From NCBI GenBank assembly GCA_951406725.2, contig OX597830.1, forward strand, positions 31,248,001 through 31,312,000: a DNA stretch of 64,000 bases, written 5' to 3'. Source of the stretch: Octopus vulgaris. Lineage: Eukaryota. Position 1 is the first letter of the stretch. Each line of letters opens with the position of its first letter. Positions 1 to 15,159 of the stretch are shown piece after piece. The notes under the pieces are model-generated. The model had not been told where the DNA came from and did no database searches. It saw only the letters and a program-made list of their open reading frames with translations. The position numbers and the translations under genes are program-made.

Positions 1-158
1 CAGAAGTGGCCAGAGAGAGAGAGAGAGAAACGCACACGCGCGCACACATCGCCACGCATCAACTCACGTGGTTGAACGAACATCACACACACACACACAC
101 ACACACACATTTAAGAGGCACGCGTAAGCAGAAAGTCATGCATATCCGATTCACATAA

Positions 159-202
<44 letters not shown>

Positions 203-246
203 ACACACACACATATATATATAGACATAAATGTATATTCCTCTAC

Positions 247-293
<47 letters not shown>

Positions 294-316
294 GTATGTA
301 TATACATATATGTATG

Positions 317-373
<57 letters not shown>

Positions 374-448
374 GCATATATATATATGTATAAACACAAG
401 AATTTAGGGAGAGCACAACAAACATATATTTGCAAACAAACATAAATA

Positions 449-522
<74 letters not shown>

Positions 523-1184
523 TATAGATACATACATACATGCATACATACATACATACATACATATACACACACGTAATACATATGGGGATAAATATAA
601 AAAAAAAAATATATATATATATATATATGTGTGTGTACATTTATATGCGCGTGTGTGTACGAATCTCTCCCCAGGCGTTCTAAATATTTCCACATCGGCC
701 GCGGACACGTCGTGTTACCTTCTGACTGCTCTGCTTACTGCCCCCTTTGCGCCAACTTGTTATGGCTCGAGCCGTTGTGTGTGTATGCTACTGTGGCAGG
801 CAAGAAGCTAATTGCACGGATTATAAATGCGTATGTGTATAAGTGGGACGTTTGTGTGCATGTATGTATGTATGTATGTATATGTCTGTTCTAGTATGTG
901 CTTTACTTGTAACTGTGCGGACGGAACGCTAACCTCGTCGATCTTGGAGTTCTCGGAGGACCTGTAAAGGCCATTGTTACAAACCCTCTTTCAGATAAAT
1001 CGAGTTACAAACATGTATACATACATATATACATTTACACACACACACATACATATATATATATCATTAAATGCTTTAATGTGACATACAAATGCATATT
1101 CACACACAAACACACACAAATGTGTATGTATATCTTAATTCATATATATGTGTGCATACATTTACATACGAATGTAAATGCATT

Positions 1185-1268
<84 letters not shown>

Positions 1269-1448
1269 TGTATGTATGTATGTATGTATATATGTGTATA
1301 TGTATAGAAATATACATGCTTACATACACACACACAAACGCACACATTTATATGATACATATATATATATATATATATATATAAATATATTTATAAATGT
1401 ATATATATTATATACACACACATATATGTTTGTGTGTATATACCAACG

Positions 1449-1482
<34 letters not shown>

Positions 1483-3743
1483 AGCACACTCGCTTCCATA
1501 TATTCTCATAAATGATATTCTTCTGAGAGTGTCTATCGTATTATCTAGGGTATTGCATAACATTCTATGGAGTATTATGGAACGCCCTAAAGCTTTTTTA
1601 TTTCTTTAATTATCATTTATTTTAACCCTCATTTTCGGGCTTTGGACTCAAAGTTTCTTCTACGACTAACTTTTAACACAATAGATACCAATTGGCCCTC
1701 CGTATAAGACGGGACATCTTTGGAACTATGGTTAGAAAAATCCCATCAGTTAGAAAAAATTTTCATATTCCAATTAAAAATGTTTATCATAAATTCACGT
1801 GAGAATCACTTACTAAATCTTGTTCATAAAAGCAGTAGTTATGTTCCAATTATTCGAGTGGCTGAGCTGATTCATTGTGCCAAAGTCCTCCAGATGCTTG
1901 CTTACTTTCGTAGTTTATTGAAAACACATAAAGGAAAGTATTTTTATTAGGAATATGGATGGTTACGGAAGTGTTAGATCATTGCGGCTGCACTAGAAAA
2001 CAGTTGGGTGAAAAAGAGCGAGGGGAAAGACTGTGAAAAGCATAGTGGACAGAATCAGAAAGTCGGAAGCACATTTTGTAAGAGCGAAGGGAGCAACTAG
2101 TTGTCTTACGGGAGTTTTACCACAAATTTGGTAAATTTAGGACTACAGAAGTTGTTGCTGCCTAGCTCTATGAAAGATCTGATTGAACAGACCTATGATA
2201 ATTGGTGTCGTAGCTTTGGCCATTTCGTCTCTGTCAGATAGGTTCTTCGTTTAGTTTTTGCTTTTCTTTATGACAATTATATCGTGATTTTAAAAAGAAA
2301 ACAAAAAGAAAATGGCTGCTATTTGTAGCAAATCTTGGAATTGCACGGACGTTCTGACGTTGGCTAGCGTGCCAAGGTTGTTGTTGCTGCTGGTTGTAAG
2401 GTAAAAACCAACACGGGAACGCGATGTATAATTTGAAAGTGATAAATTGAAATATGTGTGCCCAAATATTCTCAATTACTAGGAAATTTTCGAGGAAATG
2501 GAGAAAACCTGATGGCGTTAGCGACTCTTGATGGAAAGGGGAGATAACCTTGTGAATTTTAGAATTAATTTCACAAAAATTATTCATACAATTAGAAGAG
2601 AATCTGACGATTGTTGTTTGCAGGCAAGGTGAGTAGCTAAGGATAAGTTTCGCGCACATTAGACTTCACCAGTATTACAGAGTCAATGTCAAAACTCAAC
2701 TAAATGCAGTGGTCGATGACTGGCCTGGTACCTAAATTATCTAACAGAACTCTTTACAAACAGGAAAAAAATAGTAGTGAACATTTGTCGGGCAGCAATA
2801 ATTTGCATAATATACAAATGAAAAGTGAGCGAAGGGAGATAACTCAAGTGGAAGGAAAGTGGACGCTAGGTAACTATCTCACTAGTTTGTTTCGATATCG
2901 GTAAGGATTTTTCTTTGAATGATAGCTGGAATGGAGATCTGTGAAAGTGTTCACACGTATGTGTATCTGTGTGTGTGTCTGTGTGTGTGTCTGTGTGTGT
3001 GTGTGTGTGTGTGCGTGCGTTTATATTTGACTGTGTAATACATGTGCGTAGGTGTGCTAGTTTTTCGGCTAAGCGACTCAGCTTTCATGAACGATTTCCT
3101 GGTAACGAAGACGATGGCCCAAACTTTGTGAAGAAATCCATGCAAATGAATATGCACACACACACACACACACACATGCAGGCATGCGCACACACACATA
3201 CACACACACAAATACACACACACACACACAAATACGGACATACACACACAAATACACGCACACGTGTTGTGTTTGAACATCATAAGATGCGGAAACCTTA
3301 AGGTTTCCGCGTATATGAGAGAATATGTGTATTTATTTATTGAATATTTATATTAAATAACTATACTATTAAATCTATTCAGTAAATCTTACAATTTATC
3401 ACGACTGGATATTTTACATCCAAGTGGATAAGAGATCTGCACGGATTTCAGGAATGATGAGCAAGAGGGTGCGGGGACAAGACCCTGAGTAATTTAGGGC
3501 TTCTAGAAACTAAATATACGCACACAGAAAGATAGTGGGTGGGGGCGTCATATTTAATTAATTAAAGATTAACCAAAGTGACGGAAGGGCCAAAAGTTTT
3601 CTGCATCACAAACTGACCAAGAACTTACACACATACGCAGTCATCAAAATAGCTATACACAGAGGCACGGGCACATATGCATGTAGTGTAAACTACACAC
3701 ACACACACACATGTATATATATATATATATATATACACACATG

Positions 3744-3804
<61 letters not shown>

Positions 3805-3941
3805 GTATGTATATATATACAAATATATATGTACATATATATGTGTGTGTAAATAAATGAATGTATATATATATAAATATGAATATAAATATATACAAAT
3901 ACATGAATATACTATGTAATTTATGATACATATATATACAA

Positions 3942-3980
<39 letters not shown>

Positions 3981-4184
3981 CATACATATAAGTTTGTTTG
4001 TGTACATGTACATATGTCTGTGTGTGTGTGTGTGTTTATACACACATACACGCATATATGAGTGTGTGTATGCATGTGTGTATACGCCTTCATATATGTG
4101 TATATATGACCCATGGTAGCATGGATTAAAAACATACATTAGTATATTATGGACACACACACACAGACTCACACATATGCATAC

Positions 4185-4215
<31 letters not shown>

Positions 4216-4217
4216 CA

Positions 4218-4250
<33 letters not shown>

Positions 4251-4554
4251 TTTACTGAATCTGTTGCAAGTGAACGTGCAGAAATAAGGGGGCAAAAAAT
4301 AGAAAAAATGCACACACGCATTTTGAATGATATCTAAGTAAAAGAATTTATTAGTGTGTGCAAAAGAATGCGATGAGACAAGGTGAGTTGAGAGTCTCGC
4401 GCAAGATTATCAAGTGTCACCCAATCCACAAATGTTACGGATTACAGGATTGTTAGTCTATTATTCGGCTATTTCATATGTTTGCTCATTTGTAGCAATT
4501 TGTGGCAAGGAAGAAAGTTCTGTATTTGTGTGCGCGCGCGCAGGTGTGTGTGTG

Positions 4555-4628
<74 letters not shown>

Positions 4629-4763
4629 CAATACACGCAGGGACACATACATATACACGCACCCACACATGAACTTTGCCGAAGCTCAGCACAATATCGC
4701 TAGCTAAAGGAACACTCGTCAATTTAAAAGTGCACAAAATGTATATATATATCTATCTATATG

Positions 4764-4794
<31 letters not shown>

Positions 4795-4919
4795 ACGTAT
4801 ATGTATGTATATGTATGTTTATATATATATATATATTTATACAAATATATATATATACATAAATAGATAGTTATATATATAGACATATATAATTAAAGAT
4901 ATGCATATATATTATATGT

Positions 4920-4974
<55 letters not shown>

Positions 4975-5501
4975 GTATGTATATATATATATATACACGT
5001 ATCTATATGCAAATATGTAATATATAAATATAATGCAAATATATATGTATATTTATATATACTTATATACATATGTAATATATCTAATATATATATATAT
5101 ATATATACATGTGTGTGTATGTGTGCGTGTGTGTGCATGTGTATACACACATACACACATATGCACACACACAAATTCATGTATATATATACATATATAT
5201 ATATATATGTATATATACACATATGAATATATATACATATATGTGTGTATATGAATATATATATATATATAATGCGTGTGTGCCGTCCGATCAGTATCTG
5301 GATCGTGTGTGCGTGTATGTATGCTGGTGTGTGTACATGTGTGAATGCGGCGGTTTGCAGTTGTTACATTGGAATCGCTTGTCGTAAACTATAGTGTTTG
5401 GGGAAAATTTTGACAAATTGTCCCACGCGACCTTATTCAAACTCGGCAAGTGGTGACACGCGCGCATCCATAGTTAGACATACACAGACACACGCTCACA
5501 C

Positions 5502-5574
<73 letters not shown>

Positions 5575-5710
5575 AATCTATCGATCGATTGATTCGGCAA
5601 ATTCTCGACTCTCAATCATATTGTTTCAGGTTCGATCGCTCTGTGCAGCACCATATACTATGACCAATGGTACGGGATTTCCTTGCTTGAAACTATAGAC
5701 ATATATACAT

Positions 5711-5743
<33 letters not shown>

Positions 5744-5878
5744 TCCATATGGACTTGCGTGTATATATCAACGTATTGTTTTAATTAGTCGACTACATAA
5801 AGGAAGGTAATTTTGTGCAAATATTTTGTTATTGATCTGTACATACACACACACACACACACTGCTTTAACTGCTTAT

Positions 5879-5922
<44 letters not shown>

Positions 5923-5943
5923 TATATACGTAATATATACAGT

Positions 5944-5997
<54 letters not shown>

Positions 5998-6139
5998 ATA
6001 TATACAGTTATATATATATATATAATACATATAATAATACATGTGTGTGTGTATGTACACACACACACACACGCAGACACATTGTACTTTGCTGAAAATT
6101 TCTGTCATATAATATCAACAATAAGAACAAAAATTATTT

Positions 6140-6310
6140 CCACTAAAGGCATAAGGCCCGAATTTTTTTTTTTTTTTTTTTTTTTGTGAGGAGGACCTTG
6201 TCGTTTACGTGAACCCGGGGCTCAACTGGTACTTATTTTATCAAAACCCGATAGAACAAAACGCAAAGTATATAGACCTCGGCGGAATTTGAACTCAGAG
6301 CGCAAAGACG
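6140..6310 (-). mobile_element. Diverged family-B (Nin/Deu-domain-like) SINE fragment
   Basis: Reverse-complement match to the window's family-B consensus: ggtacttattttatc...gacctcggcggaatttgaactcag (B box). Ends approximate. Confidence 0.6.
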
Positions 6311-7550
6311 GTTACAAGAGCAACAAGAACAACAAAATAGAATCACGACAACAGCAACAATAATGTACGAGAAAGGGGTTTCTATTTCAAAATTTTTTTT
6401 TTCTTTATTCTTGCTCGGACCCCATTGTTTTTGCATGTCATTTTACGAGTGTGTGCATTTTTGTGTGTGTGTGTAAGCGTAGATGAGAGAGAATGTGTAT
6501 GTATTTCCATATTTCTGTTAATTATTTTATTTTTTTTCATCATTATCATGGTCGTTGTAATCATCATCATCATCATCGTATTCATCATCATCATTTACAT
6601 CTTCACCGAAATTGTCATTTTCGCCGTCCTGGTTTATAAAATCAGGCTTTCGTCTTGCTGATTATTTTTGCTTCATTTTATTATTATTATTATTATTATT
6701 TTTTCTGATACAAATAGAAATAAAACATAAAATCCATCTAATCGTGTTTTTCTTTTAGAATATTGCAATTTTGAACCAAGTTCACATTGATTTCATGTTT
6801 TCGGGGTTTTTTTAAATATCATTTTAGTTTTTGTTGGATTAATTTTTCTTTCAATAAATTTGGAGCAGTCTTTTTTTACATTTTTCTGATAATTTTTATT
6901 CAGTGTTCAGTACAATCAAGCATCTTGGTACAACGTGCGTGCTCGCGTGGGTACGCGTGTTTCGACTGAGTGTATGCATATAAGACACAGGTAATGTTTA
7001 TATACACTCTAAGACAGGTGAGTAGATAGATAAATAGAAAGTCAGATAGTTTGAGAAAAATAATGTTTATGTGTGTGTGTGTATACGTGTGTATCAGTGG
7101 GTAAAATGATATATATATGTATGTATATATGTGTATGTATATATATATATATGTGTGTATGTATGTATGTATGTATGTATGTATGTATGTATGTATGTAT
7201 GTATGTATGTATGTATGTATAATAAAAACAGTTTTACATTAATCTAAAGGAGACTTCGTTGTTTCGGCCTGCTACCGTTTATCGGACTGTCCGATGAAAG
7301 CAACGCCTCTTCTTGCAAAAATATAATGTAATATAATATAATATAATATAATATAATATAATATAACATGATATGATATAAAATACTACACAATACAATA
7401 TAATATAATATGATATAATATAATGCAATATTGATATAATATATATAATATATTGTATACGTGTCTCTGTGTGTGTACATATGTATTTATGCGCAATGTT
7501 AGTGCGTATGTGTGTTTGTGCGTAAGCACTGATTTGCATATATCCATATA

Positions 7551-7595
<45 letters not shown>

Positions 7596-7933
7596 CATGT
7601 ATGTATATTGTATGTTTGTGTTTACAGACGATGTAGGTGTGCAGAACAGATTAGTATTCAATTGCCAGAGAAAACAAATTTAGTCCTTTTTTTGTTTTGT
7701 TTTGTTTCCTTTTTTGTTTTTATTCAATTTTTCTCTTTTTTTTTCTTCTTTTTTATCCTTTGCAGCATTTCGGTATATATTTTCGAGTTATTCCTTTAAT
7801 CCTTGCTGTGATGCGCATATATCTTCTTGTTTTCGTTTTTTTTTCTCCGTTCTTTCGCAATCACATCTATATATTTTTTAATGTGAATTTCTCTATTTTA
7901 TTCCATTAAAAATGTGTGTGTATGTGTGTGTAT

Positions 7934-7997
<64 letters not shown>

Positions 7998-8300
7998 AAT
8001 TCATAACCAATAAGTATAATGTTTTCAAAGATGAATTATATATATATCTTTTCATAAAATTTCTTCATGAAATAATTATTTCAAATATATTTATTTATAT
8101 AAATTTCCAGCAGGAAAAAAAAACTTGTTTATATACACGACTTTTGGTATGACCTTTTTTTTCTTTTTCTTTGTTTTCTTTCTTTTTTTCTTTTTTGTTG
8201 TTGTTGTTGTTGTTGTTTCGGAATATCGCATTTGTTCTCATGGTTATTTCCAACACATGTATACACATGGACACACACACACTGAGTCATACACTCATAT

Positions 8301-8392
<92 letters not shown>

Positions 8393-8772
8393 CTTGTGTT
8401 TGATTTTGGAGAGGAGGTACTTAAATATTTCTATAATTCTCTTTGTAATTATACATACATGCATGCCCACGTACATAGCTTCAAACTATAGAGAAACATA
8501 AATATATACATATATATATACACACGTAAATATCATATATATATATATATACATATAAATATATATATATATATACATACATATATATATATACACACAC
8601 ACATACAAATATTGAACACATGCAGACACACATGTAATATTATAACTTTTGGCTCATATTTTCGAGCTCATTTGCAAAATGCTCAATAGATGCCTATGAT
8701 AGAAGTCTAGGCCCCGCTGTATACTGAGTGATGATAATCAGGATTTTTTCCACATACCTAAAGGTTTCGTGC

Positions 8773-8813
8773 GGATGACGTTTCTCGGTCGAATCACCAC
8801 GCTCTTCAGTCCA
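8773..8813 (-). ncRNA. Minimal type I hammerhead ribozyme-like motif
   Basis: Minus strand reads tgga-CTGAAGA-gcgt ggt gattcg acc ga-GAA-ACGT-C-atcc: both conserved cores, palindromic stem III, GUC triplet, short stems I and II. Confidence 0.45.
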
Positions 8814-9678
8814 CTGACGATCGACCGTCCGATACCTTTAAGATACGAGGAAAATAATCCGATTTTCCACACACACACACAAACACACACATTGAAGGTG
8901 TATGAACGAATTAGGAAGTTGGAAGGAAGTTTTAAAGATTTGTAGGCAATATAGAATATATTAAAAGAAGATTCGGGCAGAATAGCGAAATGCTAAATAA
9001 AAAAGTAAAAAAAAAAAGAAAAGAAAGCGGGATGTTATGATAGAAAGAGTAGGACAATAACAGGGTGAAGAACGGGTATATAAGGTGTAGAGAACGGGTA
9101 TATGAAACCATGTGTGTATGGAGTAACTTTTGCAAATTTGGTCCAGTTAATCTTGTTCTTTTTTTAAAATTTTTCTGCTCCTTTTTTTTTTCGTCCAAGA
9201 AAATTCCTTTGTATTTTCGTCTTTTTTGTTTTTGTTTCGTTTCTTTTTTTTTTTAAAGTTTCTGTGGGTGTGTTTATATTCCTTTTTTTTGGTGTTTTGT
9301 TACTTTTTTTTTATTAATTATAAATATTTGCAATTTTAGAATTATTAAAATCCACTTCTTTTTTTTATGCATTCGGTTTTTGTCCGTTTTATTTCGTAGT
9401 TTTTTTTTTATTTCATTTTTGAAACAAAACACACACGCGCACTTAAACTTGCACGCGCGCGCGCACACACACACATGCATGCGTATGTGCGTGCATGCGT
9501 GCGTATACGTGTGTGTGTGTGTGTGTGTTTGTGTGTGAGTTATATCCGTGTGCTTCCTCCTCCAGTGTTTCTAAGATCCAGTCAGTGTCCCGTCGTTTCG
9601 CTTTGGTTCACTGATGATGCTGTTGTTTTTCTTGCCGTTCTTGGTACCGTTACTATTCTTGCTGCTGTTGTTGTTGAC

Positions 9679-9711
<33 letters not shown>

Positions 9712-9893
9712 GATAAATGTCATTCCTTTTTTTTTTTTTTTTCTCATCAGTTCTTTTTTTAAAACTTTTTATTCAGTGTTTATTATTTTCTGATCACGTT
9801 TTGTATCATATTGTTAAAACAGTATAATCCACACATTGAACATATAATACTAATATTAGTCGTTTTTTTTTTATTTGTAATAGTGATTTCTTC

Positions 9894-9928
<35 letters not shown>

Positions 9929-11366
9929 TGATGATTCAGGTGTTTTCAATTTGTGTGTTTTTTTGTTTTTGTTTTGTGTCATATATTCTGGGAAGAGTAA
10001 TATATGTAATACTGTAATAGTATATATATCAACAACATATTAAATTGAATAAGATTTTTTTTTTCTATGTTCATTTCGCTTTTTAAAATTCTATATTTGG
10101 GGAGGAAAAAAATACGTGGTCAAAAATATATAAAATTTTTTTTTTTTTTTTACAATAAGAATGAAATAAATAACAAACAAACAATGAATGCAAATAAAGT
10201 GAAGTCTCTCTCTCCCGCCCACCCCCACACTTTCCCTCCCACCCGTCGGGAAAACGATAAAAAGAATCACACACACACACACATATTCAAATGTGTGCGC
10301 ACGCACACACATACACACAACACACAAACATACAATTCACATACACACAAAATAGAAATTACAAATTAAATGGACGAAAACAACCCTGGAACAATTTCAG
10401 GAAAAATCTAAGATTATTTACAAGGGAGTATCACAGTCAAACTACATACACACACACAGACACACGCCTCCATCCCTCCCTCCCTCCATCCCTCCATCCA
10501 TCAATACATACATACATACATACATACACAAAAGTACACACACTTGTAAACTATACTAAGTATTCTAAGACAAACAGTACCACAAAAATGGAACTACGGA
10601 AAGATAAATACATACATACATGCACATATATACACACATACATACATACATACATACATACATACATACATACATGCATGCATGCATGCATAGGCGCACA
10701 CACGCAGGGACATTTCACGTCCCACTTATACATGGGACGTATGACCGCATACATCAAAATTGATTTCCAGTCATTTTGGCGAGGGATGGTGACAGACGAT
10801 TCCAGTATTAGACTGGTATTGAAGCACCGTGGTCGATACATTAATATTTCTAACATATAGGCATAAGAACCACAAATTCCAGCAGCGAGAAATTCCAGCA
10901 GGGAAGAAGAGTCCTTATTCGAGGCGCATATATAAAGTCCGACCCCGAAAGGACTAAAAACGAAGTGAAGCTAGGCTAGGGTTTGAATGAGAGTTTCTTT
11001 TCTTTTTTTATTCCCATTTTTTTTTTCATTTTTTTTTTTTTTTTGTGTATCTGATGGTCAAACGGTTCCGCTCCACCAACGAAATAATCACCCAGAGAAG
11101 CTATTCTGGATTGAAATAAAAGTACTTACTCATAAAGTTATCACCAATCCAGCATTCTGTAAGGTTACCAGGGATTGTGGGTCGATATTTTCACACGGGG
11201 TAAATCTAGAATATAAAACAAACAGCTATATAGAAACAATATATAGAGATATAGATATATATTTATATCTACAAATATAGGAAAATATTCGGATGCATAT
11301 AGTTACATGCACACACATACACACACACTGAAATATTATACCTATATAGATGTATATAAACAATTT

Positions 11367-11412
<46 letters not shown>

Positions 11413-11418
11413 TAGATT

Positions 11419-11491
<73 letters not shown>

Positions 11492-11552
11492 GGAAATAGA
11501 TTCATAGATAGACAGATGTATGTACATATATATTTATGTTTATATATATGAA

Positions 11553-11583
<31 letters not shown>

Positions 11584-11795
11584 GCATATATATGTACGTG
11601 TGTCTATATATATATATATATATACACATACATACATACACATGCATGGATGTATATATGCACATACATACATACACATGTATGGATGTATATATATAAT
11701 ATATCATACATACAGAGAAAAATTTTAAATACATAAATCAGAAAGAGAACACATATCGATTATATGCGTTTGTTTGAGTGTGTGCACGTTTGTGG

Positions 11796-11855
<60 letters not shown>

Positions 11856-12494
11856 TTTTTTTTCACACACACAAATATCAATCATTTTTTAATATCTAAG
11901 TATTTCTGTAGTCTATAGGGAATGGAAGTGCATGTGTACACAAGTGTGTGCATATGTATACACACACGCACACACACATACACATACACACACACATTCT
12001 TATACACAGAATTTATTTCCATATTGGAGAGCAAACAAAATCACGCATGTATATACAGATATTCACACACACATAAATACGCTTCCATAAAAAAACATAA
12101 AGACACACTTATACACACACACACACACACACACATATAATTACACATATACATACATATACACTCACGGACGCACATACACTCACACGGACACACACAC
12201 ACACATACATATATATGTTAGAAATCTATATGCACTGTTTCCTTTTTAAGAAAGTAAGATATCTAATAATAACGGTATATAGGGTATTTCTAAGTATATC
12301 CTGTTACCAGAAACACACACACACACACACACACGAACACACACACACACACACGAACACACGCATGACAGGCTTTAGTCCAGTGTATGCCAATTAAAAG
12401 CACACATGCTCAAGGTGCTGCCAAATGGGATCGAAATTGAAACCGCAAATTTGTAAGACGCGTCGATGCGTTAGCGTGCACGTGCGCGTATAAA

Positions 12495-12539
<45 letters not shown>

Positions 12540-12609
12540 TTATTGTCTGCAATGGCAGCCAAGCTGGGGCACAGCTTACGGAAATTTACTCGATCATACC
12601 AACCAACCA

Positions 12610-12691
12610 ACACCGGACTTATTTTTATCTGATATTAAATTTTCTCAATATCTATTTGTCTCGCTGCTAAGCTGTTAGACAAAACACACAC

Positions 12692-12787
<96 letters not shown>

Positions 12788-12900
12788 AAATACACATCAT
12801 TGTGATGGGAGACATTTGCCCCAGGAGTCGCGTGGTGGACTGAAAACCAGAATCACGTGCTTGTAAGGTGAAGTTCTTCACCACAGAGCCATGCTTGCTC
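12610..12900 (-). mobile_element. Diverged family-A SINE with internal (CA)n
   Basis: gacatttgccccaggagtcgcgtggtggactgaaaaccagaatcacgtgcttgtaagg...accacagagccatgc resembles the reverse complement of the head/CORE-like part of 30105-30508. Ends approximate. Confidence 0.6.
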
Positions 12901-13080
12901 CTGTATATGACATATGCAAGAATACATGGGTGTTCTGTTTACATTTACGTAAAGAAGCACTCAATATCTGGTTATATAAAGAACAGTGTTTATGTTTTAG
13001 TAACACACGAAGCTTCTTTTTGTATAATAACTCAGTGTTCACGTTACCATTTATTCAAACAATTACAAAGGTGTGTGTGC

Positions 13081-13136
<56 letters not shown>

Positions 13137-13149
13137 CTTTGTAATTGTC

Positions 13150-13228
<79 letters not shown>

Positions 13229-13229
<1 letters not shown>

Positions 13230-13433
13230 GTCAATCCAAATAAGAACAACCAAGAAAAAAAAAACAACAACGCGAGGACGTGGTACAAATACTGTGTTAC
13301 TGGACGCTCAGGAAAGGAAAGAAAAGAAAGTGGATTTCACGTTTCGAGCGGAGGTCTTCATCAGAAAAATTGAAAAAGTCCTAAGAAGGAAAGACAGAGA
13401 TAGAAAATCGCCAACGATACACATGCGGTCACA
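13229..13433 (-). mobile_element. ~200-bp hammerhead-bearing repeat (Penelope pLTR/retrozyme-like), copy 1
   Basis: Homologous to 32942-33149 and 57921-58120. Minus strand 13335-13368 reads tttt-CTGATGA-a-gacc tcc gctc-GAA-ACGT-G-aaat. Abuts (TCTA)n. Confidence 0.7.
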
Positions 13434-13836
13434 TATTGAAATATATATACTTATGTGTGTATATATATGTAGAAGGTTGAAAAGAAACACAAATATATGT
13501 ATGTATGTAAGTATGTAGAAGTACATGCATGTGTATACGTGTGTGTGTGCTTGCGTGTGCATGTATATGTATGAAAAGCCCTGTGGTGGCGAAACTTCAA
13601 GTCATAATTTGAACATACAATATAGAAGACGTTTTCTAGAAATACGTGTGTGTACGTATGTATGTATGTATGTATATATACACGCGCACGCACGAACACA
13701 CACACACACACACCCACACATACACACACACATCTAGCAGAATGGATATGTCGCTCAAAAACCTTTGTTTCATGTATTACAAACTGAATTTAAATCGTAC
13801 TATGTATGTATGTATGTATGTATGTATGTATGTATG

Positions 13837-13939
<103 letters not shown>

Positions 13940-14630
13940 GTTTGTCTGTCAATTCAGCCATCTATTTTTCTGTGTGTGTGTATGTATTTATTTATGTATG
14001 TATTTGTGACTTTATGGGCGTTGGGCTGTGTCTGTATGTTTGTGTGTTTACGTATATACATATTATACATATATGTGTGTATGTGTGTGTATGTGTTTCA
14101 AGCAAAGGAAAACAGGAGAGCTCAGAGTACGATCGTCTACAGAAAAACCATAATCTACGGTTCAAACCATACGCAAGGATATCAAATCGGTCATGTGATT
14201 TCTAACCGTGAATACTAGCCATCATGCCAACATTTTCTCCATGTCTATTATCATTGCTTCAACAAACACCTAAACAATAACACCTATAGATCATACGAGT
14301 GAACCCTTACGTGGCTCTGTACTTTTCTAAAAAATTTCAGCCAATAGACACCAAAATTATAGCCCTGTTCTCTTGCATAGGGCAACAATACATAGGCTAC
14401 TGTCGTTAGAGATTCACTGTGTTGAATATATGGCAAAATGGTTGGTCACTTCGGGAACGCTTTTGCTAATAAATAAGGTTGCTTGATCTAATTTGCCCAA
14501 GGGGGTCAAGTGCCACACCAAGTAAGTTTTAGAAATGATGCAAACACCAGCATTTCGGGAAGCAGAGAGGAAACTGTGTACAGGGTATGTTACTGTAACT
14601 TATTCTTCTTGGTCACTAATCCCTACCGGT

Positions 14631-14631
14631 G

Positions 14632-14720
<89 letters not shown>

Positions 14721-14892
14721 AATGATGATGATGATGATGATAATAATAATAATAATAAAGATAATAATGATAATAATAATGATAATAATAATAATAATAA
14801 TAATGATGATGATGATGATGATGATGATAATAATAAAAATAATAATAATAGTAATAATGATAATAATAATAATAATAATAATAATGATAATC

Positions 14893-14945
<53 letters not shown>

Positions 14946-15006
14946 TGATAATAATAATAATAATAATAATAATGATAATAATAACGATAATAATAATAAT
15001 AATAAC

Positions 15007-15050
<44 letters not shown>

Positions 15051-15080
15051 TAATAATGATAATAATAATAATAATAACAA
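14631..15080. repeat. Compound (AAT)n/(GAT)n microsatellite
   Basis: Directly visible; source of the poly-N/D/I/Y ORFs. Confidence 0.95.
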
Positions 15081-15159
15081 CTACAATAAAATAATGATAA
15101 TAATTATACTTTCTTTTATTGGCCACAAGGGCCGAACGCAAAACAAATAGGGACATCCT

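Noticed and set aside
8729-8817. C/D box snoRNA (gtgatga...ctga)
   Set aside because: No terminal stem or recognisable rRNA guide; the hammerhead reading explains the segment better.
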